Source: an uncultured delta proteobacterium
GTDB lineage: Bacteria > Myxococcota_A > Polyangia > Fen-1088
Reading direction: 5' to 3'
DNA length: 64,000 nucleotides
NCBI GenBank assembly: GCA_963767925.1
Contig: CAVYGB010000004.1
Coordinates: 64,001 to 128,000, forward strand
Position numbers and translations under genes: made by a program. The stretch's first letter is position 1, and each line of letters begins with the position of its first letter. This document shows, piece after piece, positions 49,014-56,882 of the stretch. Under the pieces are notes generated by a model, which worked only from the letters and a program-made list of their open reading frames with translations, was not told where the DNA came from and made no database searches.

Positions 49014-50513
49014 ATGCACCAGCTGATAATCGAAGACTCCGCGGGGGCTGTGATCGTGGTTCCTCTCATGCACGCCCGCATCTCGGTCGGGCGGGGCAGG
49101 GGCAACGTCGTCCGACTGACCGACCAGAACGTCTCGCGCCGGCACGCGCGGCTGGTGCGCCAGAACGGACGTTACCTGGTCGAGGACCTCGATAGCTTGA
49201 CCGGCACCCGGATCAACGGCGCCCCGCTCACCGGGCCCACCCTCCTCGCCGAGGGGGATCAGGTCGGCATCGGCGAATATCGCATCGCCGTGAAGGCCAC
49301 CCGCGCGGTCCCCTCGCTCACCTTTCAGCCCAGCCTGCTGCCGGAGAGCCACTCGGCGTCTCGGGCCTGGGTGCGCGCGGCCCGACAGATGGTGCTCGGC
49401 CTGCTCGCCGCCTCCGTCCGGGCCCTGTCGCCCGAACACGTGGCGGCGCTCGCCCGTTCCTTCCGCGGCAGTCTGGCCCGGCCCGCCGGCGGCGCCACCC
49501 TGGCGCTCGGCTTGCCGATGCTGACCGACGATCCCTCGCCACCCCCGCCGGGCCCTCGCGGGCCTGATCGCCCCTCGCCCTTCCTGGTGCCGTCGCCCAT
49601 GTTCTCGGGGACGCCAACTCCGGAGCCGCCGCCACCACCGCCGCGCGATCCGCCCCCCCGCCGGGCCCGGCTGCACGGCACCTTGCTGCTGGCAGGGGTG
49701 GCGGTGGTCATGGCGACCGCGGGGGCGCTGTTCGCCCCGCTCATGCGGGAAGGCGCGCCCGACGCCGCGCCGGAGGTCAGCCACCCGGCCGGGCCCGTCC
49801 CCTCGGCGTCGCCCGCCCTCCCGGCGCCGGCCGCGCCCGCGCCGCTCGTCCCGGCCGGGGATCCGCTGGCCGACGCGAAGAAGGCCTTCGCCCAGCGGCG
49901 CTGGTCGGATGCTCTGAACATCGTCCAGCGCGACGCCGCCCGCATGCCGGGGTCGAGCGAGCTGCAGCGGCTCCGCCGGGCCATCGTGGCCGAACACGAG
50001 AACGAGTCCACCTTGCAGGGGCTCAAGCGGGCCCTCGACTTCGAGGACTACCCGTCGGTGCTGCGAGCCTCCGCCAGCATCCCGGAGGGCAGCGTCTACC
50101 GGGACCGGGCCCAGGCGCTGGCCGAGGCCGCCCGCACCCACCTCGTGGTCCAGCACGTGACCGCCGGTGAGCGGTCGCGCGGCGAGGGCGACTGCCGGAC
50201 CGCCGAGCAGGAAGCCCGCGCCGCCCTGGTGCTCGACCCGTCCAACCCCACCGCCGCCTCCCTGCTGGCCGTCTGTGCCCAGGCGCCGGCCCCCCGTCGC
50301 ACCCGCCTGGCGGCGGCCCTCGCCCCCGCCGGCGAGCCGCCCCGCCGCCCCGCCGAGGCGCTCTTGCAGCGGGCCAGCGAGCGGTCGGGCGACCGGGCCG
50401 TCGTGCGCGCGCCCTTCGTGCGCCCCGCCGCGTCCATGTTGACCCAGCCGCCGCCCCGGCCGCCCCGGCGCCCCATCGATCCCCGGAATCCTTACGCCGC
50501 CGACCTTCCATGA
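49014..50513 (+). CDS. FHA-domain bitopic membrane protein with a TPR-like extracytoplasmic region
   Basis: SVGR...NVSRRH...EDLDSLTGTRING FHA; Pro-rich linker; TM segment; helical repeats. Confidence 0.8.
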   Translation: MHQLIIEDSAGAVIVVPLMHARISVGRGRGNVVRLTDQNVSRRHARLVRQNGRYLVEDLDSLTGTRINGAPLTGPTLLAEGDQVGIGEYRIAVKATRAVPSLTFQPSLLPESHSASRAWVRAARQMVLGLLAASVRALSPEHVAALARSFRGSLARPAGGATLALGLPMLTDDPSPPPPGPRGPDRPSPFLVPSPMFSGTPTPEPPPPPPRDPPPRRARLHGTLLLAGVAVVMATAGALFAPLMREGAPDAAPEVSHPAGPVPSASPALPAPAAPAPLVPAGDPLADAKKAFAQRRWSDALNIVQRDAARMPGSSELQRLRRAIVAEHENESTLQGLKRALDFEDYPSVLRASASIPEGSVYRDRAQALAEAARTHLVVQHVTAGERSRGEGDCRTAEQEARAALVLDPSNPTAASLLAVCAQAPAPRRTRLAAALAPAGEPPRRPAEALLQRASERSGDRAVVRAPFVRPAASMLTQPPPRPPRRPIDPRNPYAADLP

Positions 50514-51439
50514 TCAGACTCGTCGCAAGCATCTTCCTGCTGCTGGCCACGCTGGCAGCGGCCAGCCCCCCCGCCCAGGCCCAGAGCGAACCCCCCGCCC
50601 GGGAGGCCTCCCGGCACTTCCAGCGGGGGGTCGATCTGTACAACGAGGGCGACATCCGGGGCGCGCTCGTCGAGTTCAAGCGGGCCTACCTGCTCCTGCC
50701 TCGCGCCACCGTCCTGTACAACATCGGCCAGGCCGAGTTCCAGCTCCAGGAGTACGCCTCGGCCCTGCGCACCCTCGAGCGCTTCCTGACCGACACGGGC
50801 CCCAACGCCGCCCACCGGCCCGAGGTCCAGCAGACCGTCGAGGTGCTGCGCGGCCGGGTCGGGCAGATCGCCCTCACCAGCGACCCGGGCGGCTGTGAGG
50901 TCTCCATCGACGACCAGCCGGCCGGCACCACGCCGCTGCCCGAGCCGCTGCTGGTCTCGATCGGCCGGCGCAAGGTCTCCCTGCTGTGCGCGGGCTTGCC
51001 CCGGGCCACCCGCGACGTGGAGGTGGCGGCCGGTCAGACCGTGCGCCTCGATCTGAAGGTGGCCCCCTCCCCCCCGCCCGCCGCGCCCGCCCTGGCGACC
51101 GCGCCCACTCCCGCGCCGGCCCGCCGCCCGGTGGTCCGCCGGGGGACGGCGGCCTGGATCGTGGCCGCGGGCCTGACCGCGGCGACCATCGGCTCTTACA
51201 CCGCCGCCATGATGGAGTCGCGGCAGCTCGACCACCTCCGTCGCATCTATCCCATCTCGGCCCGCCAGCTCGACGACCAGGCCCGCTTGACCTCCCGCCT
51301 CGCGCTGGTGGGCGACAGCTTCGCCGCCGGGGCGGTGGCCGCGGCCATCGTCGGCGGCTACCTGCGCTGGACCAGCCCCGGGCGGGGCGCCGAGCTGAGC
51401 CTTTCCCCATCCGGGTTTCACTTGCAGGGGAGATTCTGA
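50510..51439 (+). CDS. TPR + PEGA domain exported protein
   Basis: ASRHFQRGVDLY...ALVEFKRAY...VLYNIGQ; SDPGGCEVSIDD...GTTP; C-terminal LQGRF. Confidence 0.85.
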   Translation: MIRLVASIFLLLATLAAASPPAQAQSEPPAREASRHFQRGVDLYNEGDIRGALVEFKRAYLLLPRATVLYNIGQAEFQLQEYASALRTLERFLTDTGPNAAHRPEVQQTVEVLRGRVGQIALTSDPGGCEVSIDDQPAGTTPLPEPLLVSIGRRKVSLLCAGLPRATRDVEVAAGQTVRLDLKVAPSPPPAAPALATAPTPAPARRPVVRRGTAAWIVAAGLTAATIGSYTAAMMESRQLDHLRRIYPISARQLDDQARLTSRLALVGDSFAAGAVAAAIVGGYLRWTSPGRGAELSLSPSGFHLQGRF

Positions 51440-52942
51440 ATGACAGGCGCGCCGCACGAGCTCCGACCGATCCTCGCCATCGCCACCCTCGGCCTTTCCC
51501 TCGTCACGTCCTGCTCGTTCCTTGTCGACGCCGACAGCCGCCAGTGCCGGTCCGACGCCGACTGCGCCATCTTCGCCAGCTACCCGGTGTGCCGCCAGGG
51601 CCTGTGCGTCGACTCGGGGCTGGGTCCGCCCGGCTGCTTCCGCAGCGTGCCGGAGACCCCGCTCGAGTTCGCCAACGCCTGCACCGCCGCCCGCTGCGTC
51701 CCCTTCGACAACTGCGCCCGCCTCAACCGCTGCGGCGGCGAGGGGCAGATCGGCAACGCGCTGACCCCGCCGGCCAGCCTCGGCGCCGTCCCCGCCCTGG
51801 TCAACCCCCAGCCCATCCCCACCATCAACTGCTCGGACGAGACGCGCCCCAACGTCATCTACGTGACCGGATCGACGAACTTCCCGCCCCTGGTCAAGGC
51901 GGTGCAGCCCCTGCTCTCGGCCCGCGATCCCGCCTTCACCCTGGTGTTCCAGCCCCAGACCTCCTGCCGGGGCGCCGGCACCATGTTCGACCCCGACCGC
52001 AGCCGCCGCCTGATCCGCGACATCCCCAACAACTGGGCCTTCTTCTACGACGCCCGGGGGGTCAAGCAATATTGCCGCCTGAACCCCGACGGCAACGCCG
52101 TCGACGTCGGCCAGTCGGACGTGTACGCCCGCACCTGCGGCTTCGAGCCGGTGGCCGGGGTGGCCGACTATCCCGGGCCCATCCAGGCCATCACCTTCGT
52201 GGTGCCCGCCGGATCGAGCCAGCGCTCGATCAGCGCCCAGGCCGCCCACCTGGTGTTCGGGGCGGGCGGGAGCAACGGCGCGGTCCCCCCCTGGAACGAT
52301 CCCCGCCTGTTCTTCGTGCGCAGCCCGGGCACCGGCACCATCCAGCTCACCTCGCGCGCCATCGACGTGCCGCCCACCTCCTGGTGGGGCATCGATCGCC
52401 TCTCCTCGGACAACCTGCGCGACTCGATGGAGGGCATCGACCCCGCCTCGGCCGAGCAGGCCATCGGCGTCCTCTCCTCGGACTTCGCCGATCAGGCCCG
52501 GGCCAACCTGCGCATCCTGTATTTCCAGGGCGCCGGCCAGTCCTGCGGCTACCTGCCCGACTCGACGCCCACCTCCTTCGACAAGGCCAACGTGCGCGAC
52601 GGGCACTATCCCATCTGGGGGCCCATCCACCTCTACGCCACCACCACCAACGGCGTGCCGTCGCCCGCCGCCGACGCGCTGGTGACCCGCTTCTCGGTGC
52701 CCCGGCTCGAGCAGCGGCTGATCGAGGCGATCATCGAGGCGGGCTACATCCCGGCCTGCGCGATGCGGGTGCGGCGCGAGCAGGAGATGGGCCCCATGGT
52801 CTCGTTTCAGCCCCAGTTCGGCTGCGGCTGCTTTTACGACAGCCGGGTCAATGGGCGCTCGAGCTGCGACACCTGCGCCGGCCCCGGCGACTGTCCGAGC
52901 GCGCGGCCCGCCTGCAATTACGGCTTTTGCGAGGTGCAGTAA
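51440..52942 (+). CDS. Cys-rich lipoprotein with a PstS/PBP-like binding fold
   Basis: Lipobox VTSC; IYVTGSTNFPP, RSPGTGT and NVRDGHYPIWGPIHLY resemble PstS-family motifs; Cys-rich termini. Confidence 0.65.
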   Translation: MTGAPHELRPILAIATLGLSLVTSCSFLVDADSRQCRSDADCAIFASYPVCRQGLCVDSGLGPPGCFRSVPETPLEFANACTAARCVPFDNCARLNRCGGEGQIGNALTPPASLGAVPALVNPQPIPTINCSDETRPNVIYVTGSTNFPPLVKAVQPLLSARDPAFTLVFQPQTSCRGAGTMFDPDRSRRLIRDIPNNWAFFYDARGVKQYCRLNPDGNAVDVGQSDVYARTCGFEPVAGVADYPGPIQAITFVVPAGSSQRSISAQAAHLVFGAGGSNGAVPPWNDPRLFFVRSPGTGTIQLTSRAIDVPPTSWWGIDRLSSDNLRDSMEGIDPASAEQAIGVLSSDFADQARANLRILYFQGAGQSCGYLPDSTPTSFDKANVRDGHYPIWGPIHLYATTTNGVPSPAADALVTRFSVPRLEQRLIEAIIEAGYIPACAMRVRREQEMGPMVSFQPQFGCGCFYDSRVNGRSSCDTCAGPGDCPSARPACNYGFCEVQ

Positions 52943-53074
52943 GCACCTGGATACATCCTGCATACGTGTCGTCGATCGCGCCGGTTTCCCGCCATGCCGG
53001 CGCGTCGTTGCAATCTGAGACCAAACCGGGCTTGAGCTGACGGGCGTTGCAGAGGACTCTGACCGCGCAGCCCG

Positions 53075-54424
53075 ATGCCACCGACCTCTCGACGGACGAA
53101 GATCGTCACCACCCTGGGCCCCGCGCTCGATCGCCCCGGCGCGCTCGAGCGCCTGCTCGACGCCGGCGCCGACGTCCTGCGGGTCAACCTGTCGCACGCC
53201 GGCCCTGCCGAGCAGGCCGAACGGGTGCGCCGGGCCCGGGCCCACAAGCCCGGCATCGCCGTGCTCGCCGACCTGGGTGGACCGAAGCTGCGGCTCGGCG
53301 ACCTCGGCAGCGAGCAGCTCCACATCGAATCGGGCCAGAGCGTCGTGCTGGGCGAGGGGGGCATCCCGGTCGCCGATCCCACCTTGTACCAGCGGGTCCG
53401 CCCCGGCGATCCGATCTACATCTCCGACGGCACCATCCACCTCGAGGCCGTCTCGGTCGAGGACAAGCGCCTGGTGGGGAGGGTGGTGGTTGGGGGCGCC
53501 CTGCGCTCGCGCAACGGGATCAACCTGCCCTGCGACGGCTCCTCGCTGCCCTGCCTGACCGCCCGGGATCGGGTCCACCTGCGCGAGCTGGCCGCCGTCT
53601 CCCCCGACTACGTGGCCCTCTCTTACGTGCGCAGCGAGAGCGACGTCCAGGCCGCCCGGGAGCTGTGCGACGTCCCCCTCATCGCCAAGATCGAGAAGCA
53701 GCAGGCGCTCGAGCGCATCGACGCCATCCTGGAGCTGGCCGACGCCATCATGGTGGCCCGCGGTGACCTCGGGGTGGAGATGCCGATCGAGAAGGTCCCC
53801 GCCGCCCAGAAGCGGATCATCAAGGCCGCCAACCTGGCCGGCCGCCCCGTCATCACCGCCACCCAGATGCTCGTGTCGATGGTGACCAACCCGATCCCCA
53901 CCCGCGCCGAGGTCACCGACGTGGCCAACGCCGTGCTCGACGGCACCGACGCCGTCATGCTGTCCGAGGAGACGGCCATCGGCCGCGACTCAGCCGGCGT
54001 CGTGCACATGATGCAGCGGATCTGCCTCGAGACCGAGCCGCTGCTGCCCCTCCACCAGGGGCCCGGCCACAACGGCGGGGCCAACGCCCTGGCCTACGCC
54101 GCCGCCAAGCTGGCCGAAGATCTCAACGCGACGGCCATCGTCGCCCCCACCCGCACCGGCATCAGCGCCCAGCGCCTGGCCGCCTACCGCCCCCACCGCC
54201 CCATCCTGGCCTACAGCCGCGTCCCCGAGACCACCCGCCGCCTGGCCCTGGTCTGGGGCGTGACGCCGATCGACCTGGCCGTGCAGCCCGGCCAGGATCC
54301 GGTGGCGGCCACCCTCGAGGCCGCCCGCCGCGACCTCGGCGCCGGCGCCCGCATCGTCCTCCTCGACATCAACGGCACCGACACCCCCGGCGTCGCCTCC
54401 CTGGTCAACGCCATCACCCTGTAG
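53075..54424 (+). CDS. pyk: Pyruvate kinase
   Basis: RRTKIVTTLGP, RVNLSH, DLGGPKLR, IAKIE, IMVARGDLGVE, TATQML, PTRAEVTDVANAVLDGTDAVMLSEETA. Confidence 0.95.
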   Translation: MPPTSRRTKIVTTLGPALDRPGALERLLDAGADVLRVNLSHAGPAEQAERVRRARAHKPGIAVLADLGGPKLRLGDLGSEQLHIESGQSVVLGEGGIPVADPTLYQRVRPGDPIYISDGTIHLEAVSVEDKRLVGRVVVGGALRSRNGINLPCDGSSLPCLTARDRVHLRELAAVSPDYVALSYVRSESDVQAARELCDVPLIAKIEKQQALERIDAILELADAIMVARGDLGVEMPIEKVPAAQKRIIKAANLAGRPVITATQMLVSMVTNPIPTRAEVTDVANAVLDGTDAVMLSEETAIGRDSAGVVHMMQRICLETEPLLPLHQGPGHNGGANALAYAAAKLAEDLNATAIVAPTRTGISAQRLAAYRPHRPILAYSRVPETTRRLALVWGVTPIDLAVQPGQDPVAATLEAARRDLGAGARIVLLDINGTDTPGVASLVNAITL

Positions 54425-54433
54425 CGGCCGCCC

Positions 54434-54815
54434 GCTCGGACGATGATCGGTGCACCTGGCAGATTGTTCGCCGGGACACCCGGCTCGGACGATGATCGGT
54501 GCACCTGGCAGATTGTTCGCCGGGACACCCGGCTCGGACGATGATCGGTGCACCTGGCAGATTGTTCGCCGGGACACCCGGCTCGGACGATGATCGGTGC
54601 ACCTGGCAGATTGTTCGCCGGGACACCCGGCTCGGACGATGATCGGTGCACCTGGCAGATTGTTCGCCGGGACACCCTGTTCGGACGATGATCGGTGCAC
54701 CTGGCAGATTGTTCGCCGGGACACCCGGCTCGGACGATGATCGGTGCACCTGGCAGATTGTTCGCCGGGACACCCGGCTCGGACGATGATCGGTGCACCT
54801 GGCAGATTGTTCGCC
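54434..54815. repeat. Intergenic 49-bp tandem array, 7 full units plus one 39-bp partial unit
   Basis: Unit GCTCGGACGATGATCGGTGCACCTGGCAGATTGTTCGCCGGGACACCCG starts at 54434, 54483, 54532, 54581, 54630, 54679, 54728 and 54777; only two substitutions (54678, 54680). Confidence 0.95.
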
Positions 54816-54853
54816 CTCGCCCCGCGGCAGCGGGGAGAGGGTGGGGTGAGGGG
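54809..54853. repeat. BoxC/REP-like element fused to the end of the array
   Basis: GTTCGCCCTCGCCCCGCGGCAGCGGGGAGAGGGTGGGGTGAGGGG is nearly identical to 20504-20548. Confidence 0.85.
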
Positions 54854-54868
54854 CTCTCCGGCGCCGGC

Positions 54869-55456
54869 TCAGCCCGGCGGCTTGAGGACGACCAGGGTGG
54901 CGCCCCAGCCTCCCGCGTCTTCGGTCGCGCTCCGGAAGCTCTCGACCCGCGGGTCGCGCGCGAGCAGCGCCTGCACCGTGCGCCGCATCGCCCCCGTCCC
55001 CTTGCCGTGCACCACCCGCACCTGGAGCTGCCCCCGCTCCTGACAGCCGCCCAGGTACTCGGGCAAGAGCTCCCGCACCTCCGCCGGCTTGAACGTGTGC
55101 AGATCCAGCGTGCCGTCGAACGGCAACTCGGTGGCCTCGGGCTCGGCCGGGCGGCGGGCGCCCTCGGCCCCGACGACCACGGCCGCCTCTTCCGCTTCTT
55201 CCTGCGTCTCTTGCTGCGCCGCCGCGGCCGCGGCCGGCCGGGTCGGGGCGGGGCGCATGGTCCCCGCCAGGCAGGTGGGGCAAAAGGTGGGCTCGGGTCC
55301 CAGGTAGTGGCAGACCCGGCACTCGAACAGCTTCGAGGGCCCCGTCTCCTCCCGGATCGGCTTTTCCCGCGCCGTCTGCCGTTCCGCCTCCTCCTGACGC
55401 TGGGTGGCCGGATCGAACAGCTTCTTCAGGGACTCGACGATCGACACCTTACCCAT
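54869..55456 (-). CDS. Smr-domain endonuclease with an N-terminal C4 zinc ribbon
   Basis: CRVC...CPTC; LDLHTF, VVHGKGTG, GGWGATLV. Confidence 0.85.
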   Translation of the reverse strand: MGKVSIVESLKKLFDPATQRQEEAERQTAREKPIREETGPSKLFECRVCHYLGPEPTFCPTCLAGTMRPAPTRPAAAAAAQQETQEEAEEAAVVVGAEGARRPAEPEATELPFDGTLDLHTFKPAEVRELLPEYLGGCQERGQLQVRVVHGKGTGAMRRTVQALLARDPRVESFRSATEDAGGWGATLVVLKPPG

Positions 55457-55626
55457 CCAACCTCGCCCACCTCCCGCCCATTCCAGCGGAGATCGCCGGG
55501 GGCAGAAACCCGGAAGCAACTTTTGCGGAGGAGAACCGACAAGGGGAGACGAGGGATCGCGGTCGATCCCTCCGGCTGGCGCGGCGGCGGGCAGGTGGGT
55601 GGGGCGTCGGCCCGGGCCTCGGTTCC

Positions 55627-56289
55627 ATGGACGTCCTCGCCCTCATCCTGACTTGTAGCGTCTACCCGGACGATCATCTCGTCCGGGCGATGGTCGATCT
55701 CGCCAGTCAGGAGAACCCGCACTTCGTGGGGGATCTGGTGACCCTGGTGACCTTCAATCGCGCGCGCTCGGTCCCGGGGGCGCAGCGGATCGTGGCGGAG
55801 CTGGAGAAGCGCGGCGGCAAGCCGGTTGTGGGGCTGCTGGGCGTGCCGGTCTCGTGGGCCGCCCGGTTTCAGCGCACGCCCGCCGATCTCCTCGATGGCT
55901 GCGCCAATCTGAAGGTCGGGACCACGGTCCTGCAACGTCACTACGAAGCCTGCTCCGCCAGCCACTCCGCCCGGCCGGTGATCGGCCCCGCCCTCCCGCG
56001 CACCCGGGAGGCACCTCCGGAAGCCATCCGCGAATGTGCCCTACGCCGCTACGGCCAGGACCTCGGCATCGACGGCTACGCCGAGACCGTCCTCCGCTAC
56101 TTCGCCCGCCAGCGCGTCCTGTTCAGCTCCGGCCAGGCCGCGGCGCCCCCCGATCCGGCCTGTCGCTGCACCGAGGCTCCTCGTCCCGGCGCCGCCGCTT
56201 CCACCGTCCCTGCGCGCCCGGCCCGCCCCCCCGCCCCCCGCCGCCGCTCCGTCTCCCTCGGCCTGGGCGGCGCCCCCATCCTGGAATAG
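55627..56289 (+). CDS. VirB1/SLT lytic-transglycosylase-like protein lacking the catalytic Glu
   Basis: MDVLALILTC, AMVDLASQENP, GLLGV, LLDGCANLKVGTTVL and ALRRY parallel VirB1 motifs. Confidence 0.6.
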   Translation: MDVLALILTCSVYPDDHLVRAMVDLASQENPHFVGDLVTLVTFNRARSVPGAQRIVAELEKRGGKPVVGLLGVPVSWAARFQRTPADLLDGCANLKVGTTVLQRHYEACSASHSARPVIGPALPRTREAPPEAIRECALRRYGQDLGIDGYAETVLRYFARQRVLFSSGQAAAPPDPACRCTEAPRPGAAASTVPARPARPPAPRRRSVSLGLGGAPILE

Positions 56290-56388
56290 CCGGGCCAGGA
56301 TCAGCGGGCCAGGATCAGGCAGCCCGCTGCCTGTCTCGCCGCTGCCTCTCGCCTCGGCCCACGCCCGGCTGCGGCCGCAGGCCCGCGG

Positions 56389-56850
56389 CTACGGGATGTC
56401 GCGCAGGTTGCCGGGGGTGAAGACGCCGCTGGCGTCGAAGCAGCCGAACTCGGCCATCGCGCCCGCCACCAGGCTCAGCCCGCCCCGGGCCAGGGTGTAG
56501 ACCATGCTCGTGGAAACCAGGGTGAGCTTGTTGCGCTCCACCTGGAACGACAGCACCAGCGGGTTGCGGTTGTCGGCGGCGCAGGTCGACCGCGTCTTGG
56601 TGAGCGTGATCTTGTCGTCGCTGATGAAAAACGTCCCCCGCGTGATCTCCAGCCCGACCCCCCCGGTGGTGAGCGCGCAGTAGCGCGAGAGATCGAAGGC
56701 GTCCGCCTGGAAGGACCAGGTCAGCGCGCAGGGATCGGTCTGCGGGTCACCCGACTTCCACTGCCCGTCCATCGGGCTGCGCTCCTCGGCGCTGCCGCAC
56801 GCGGCGGCCAGAAAAACCAGGGGCAACGACACCCGGATGGCCGACCTCAT
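56389..56850 (-). CDS. Hypothetical lipoprotein (lipocalin-like beta-barrel)
   Basis: Lipobox LAAAC; MDGQW; GTFFISDDKITL; FQVERNKLTL. Confidence 0.7.
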   Translation of the reverse strand: MRSAIRVSLPLVFLAAACGSAEERSPMDGQWKSGDPQTDPCALTWSFQADAFDLSRYCALTTGGVGLEITRGTFFISDDKITLTKTRSTCAADNRNPLVLSFQVERNKLTLVSTSMVYTLARGGLSLVAGAMAEFGCFDASGVFTPGNLRDIP

Positions 56851-56882
56851 GGCCGGTAGCTAATTCCCGGGTGCGCGAAAAG

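Noticed and set aside
54434..54815. CRISPR array
   Set aside because: Units are contiguous and identical with no unique spacers, and there are no cas genes in the window.
53990..55322. ORFs with a 49-aa periodic peptide across the array
   Set aside because: They arise because the minus strand of the unit lacks stops; they overlap pyk or smr and show no clear RBS or start.
55627..56289. Conjugative or type IV secretion locus
   Set aside because: No virB2-11, virD4 or relaxase genes nearby.
56292..56318. Short direct repeat CGGGCCAGGATCAG x2
   Set aside because: Only two copies in a convergent intergenic gap; likely local slippage.
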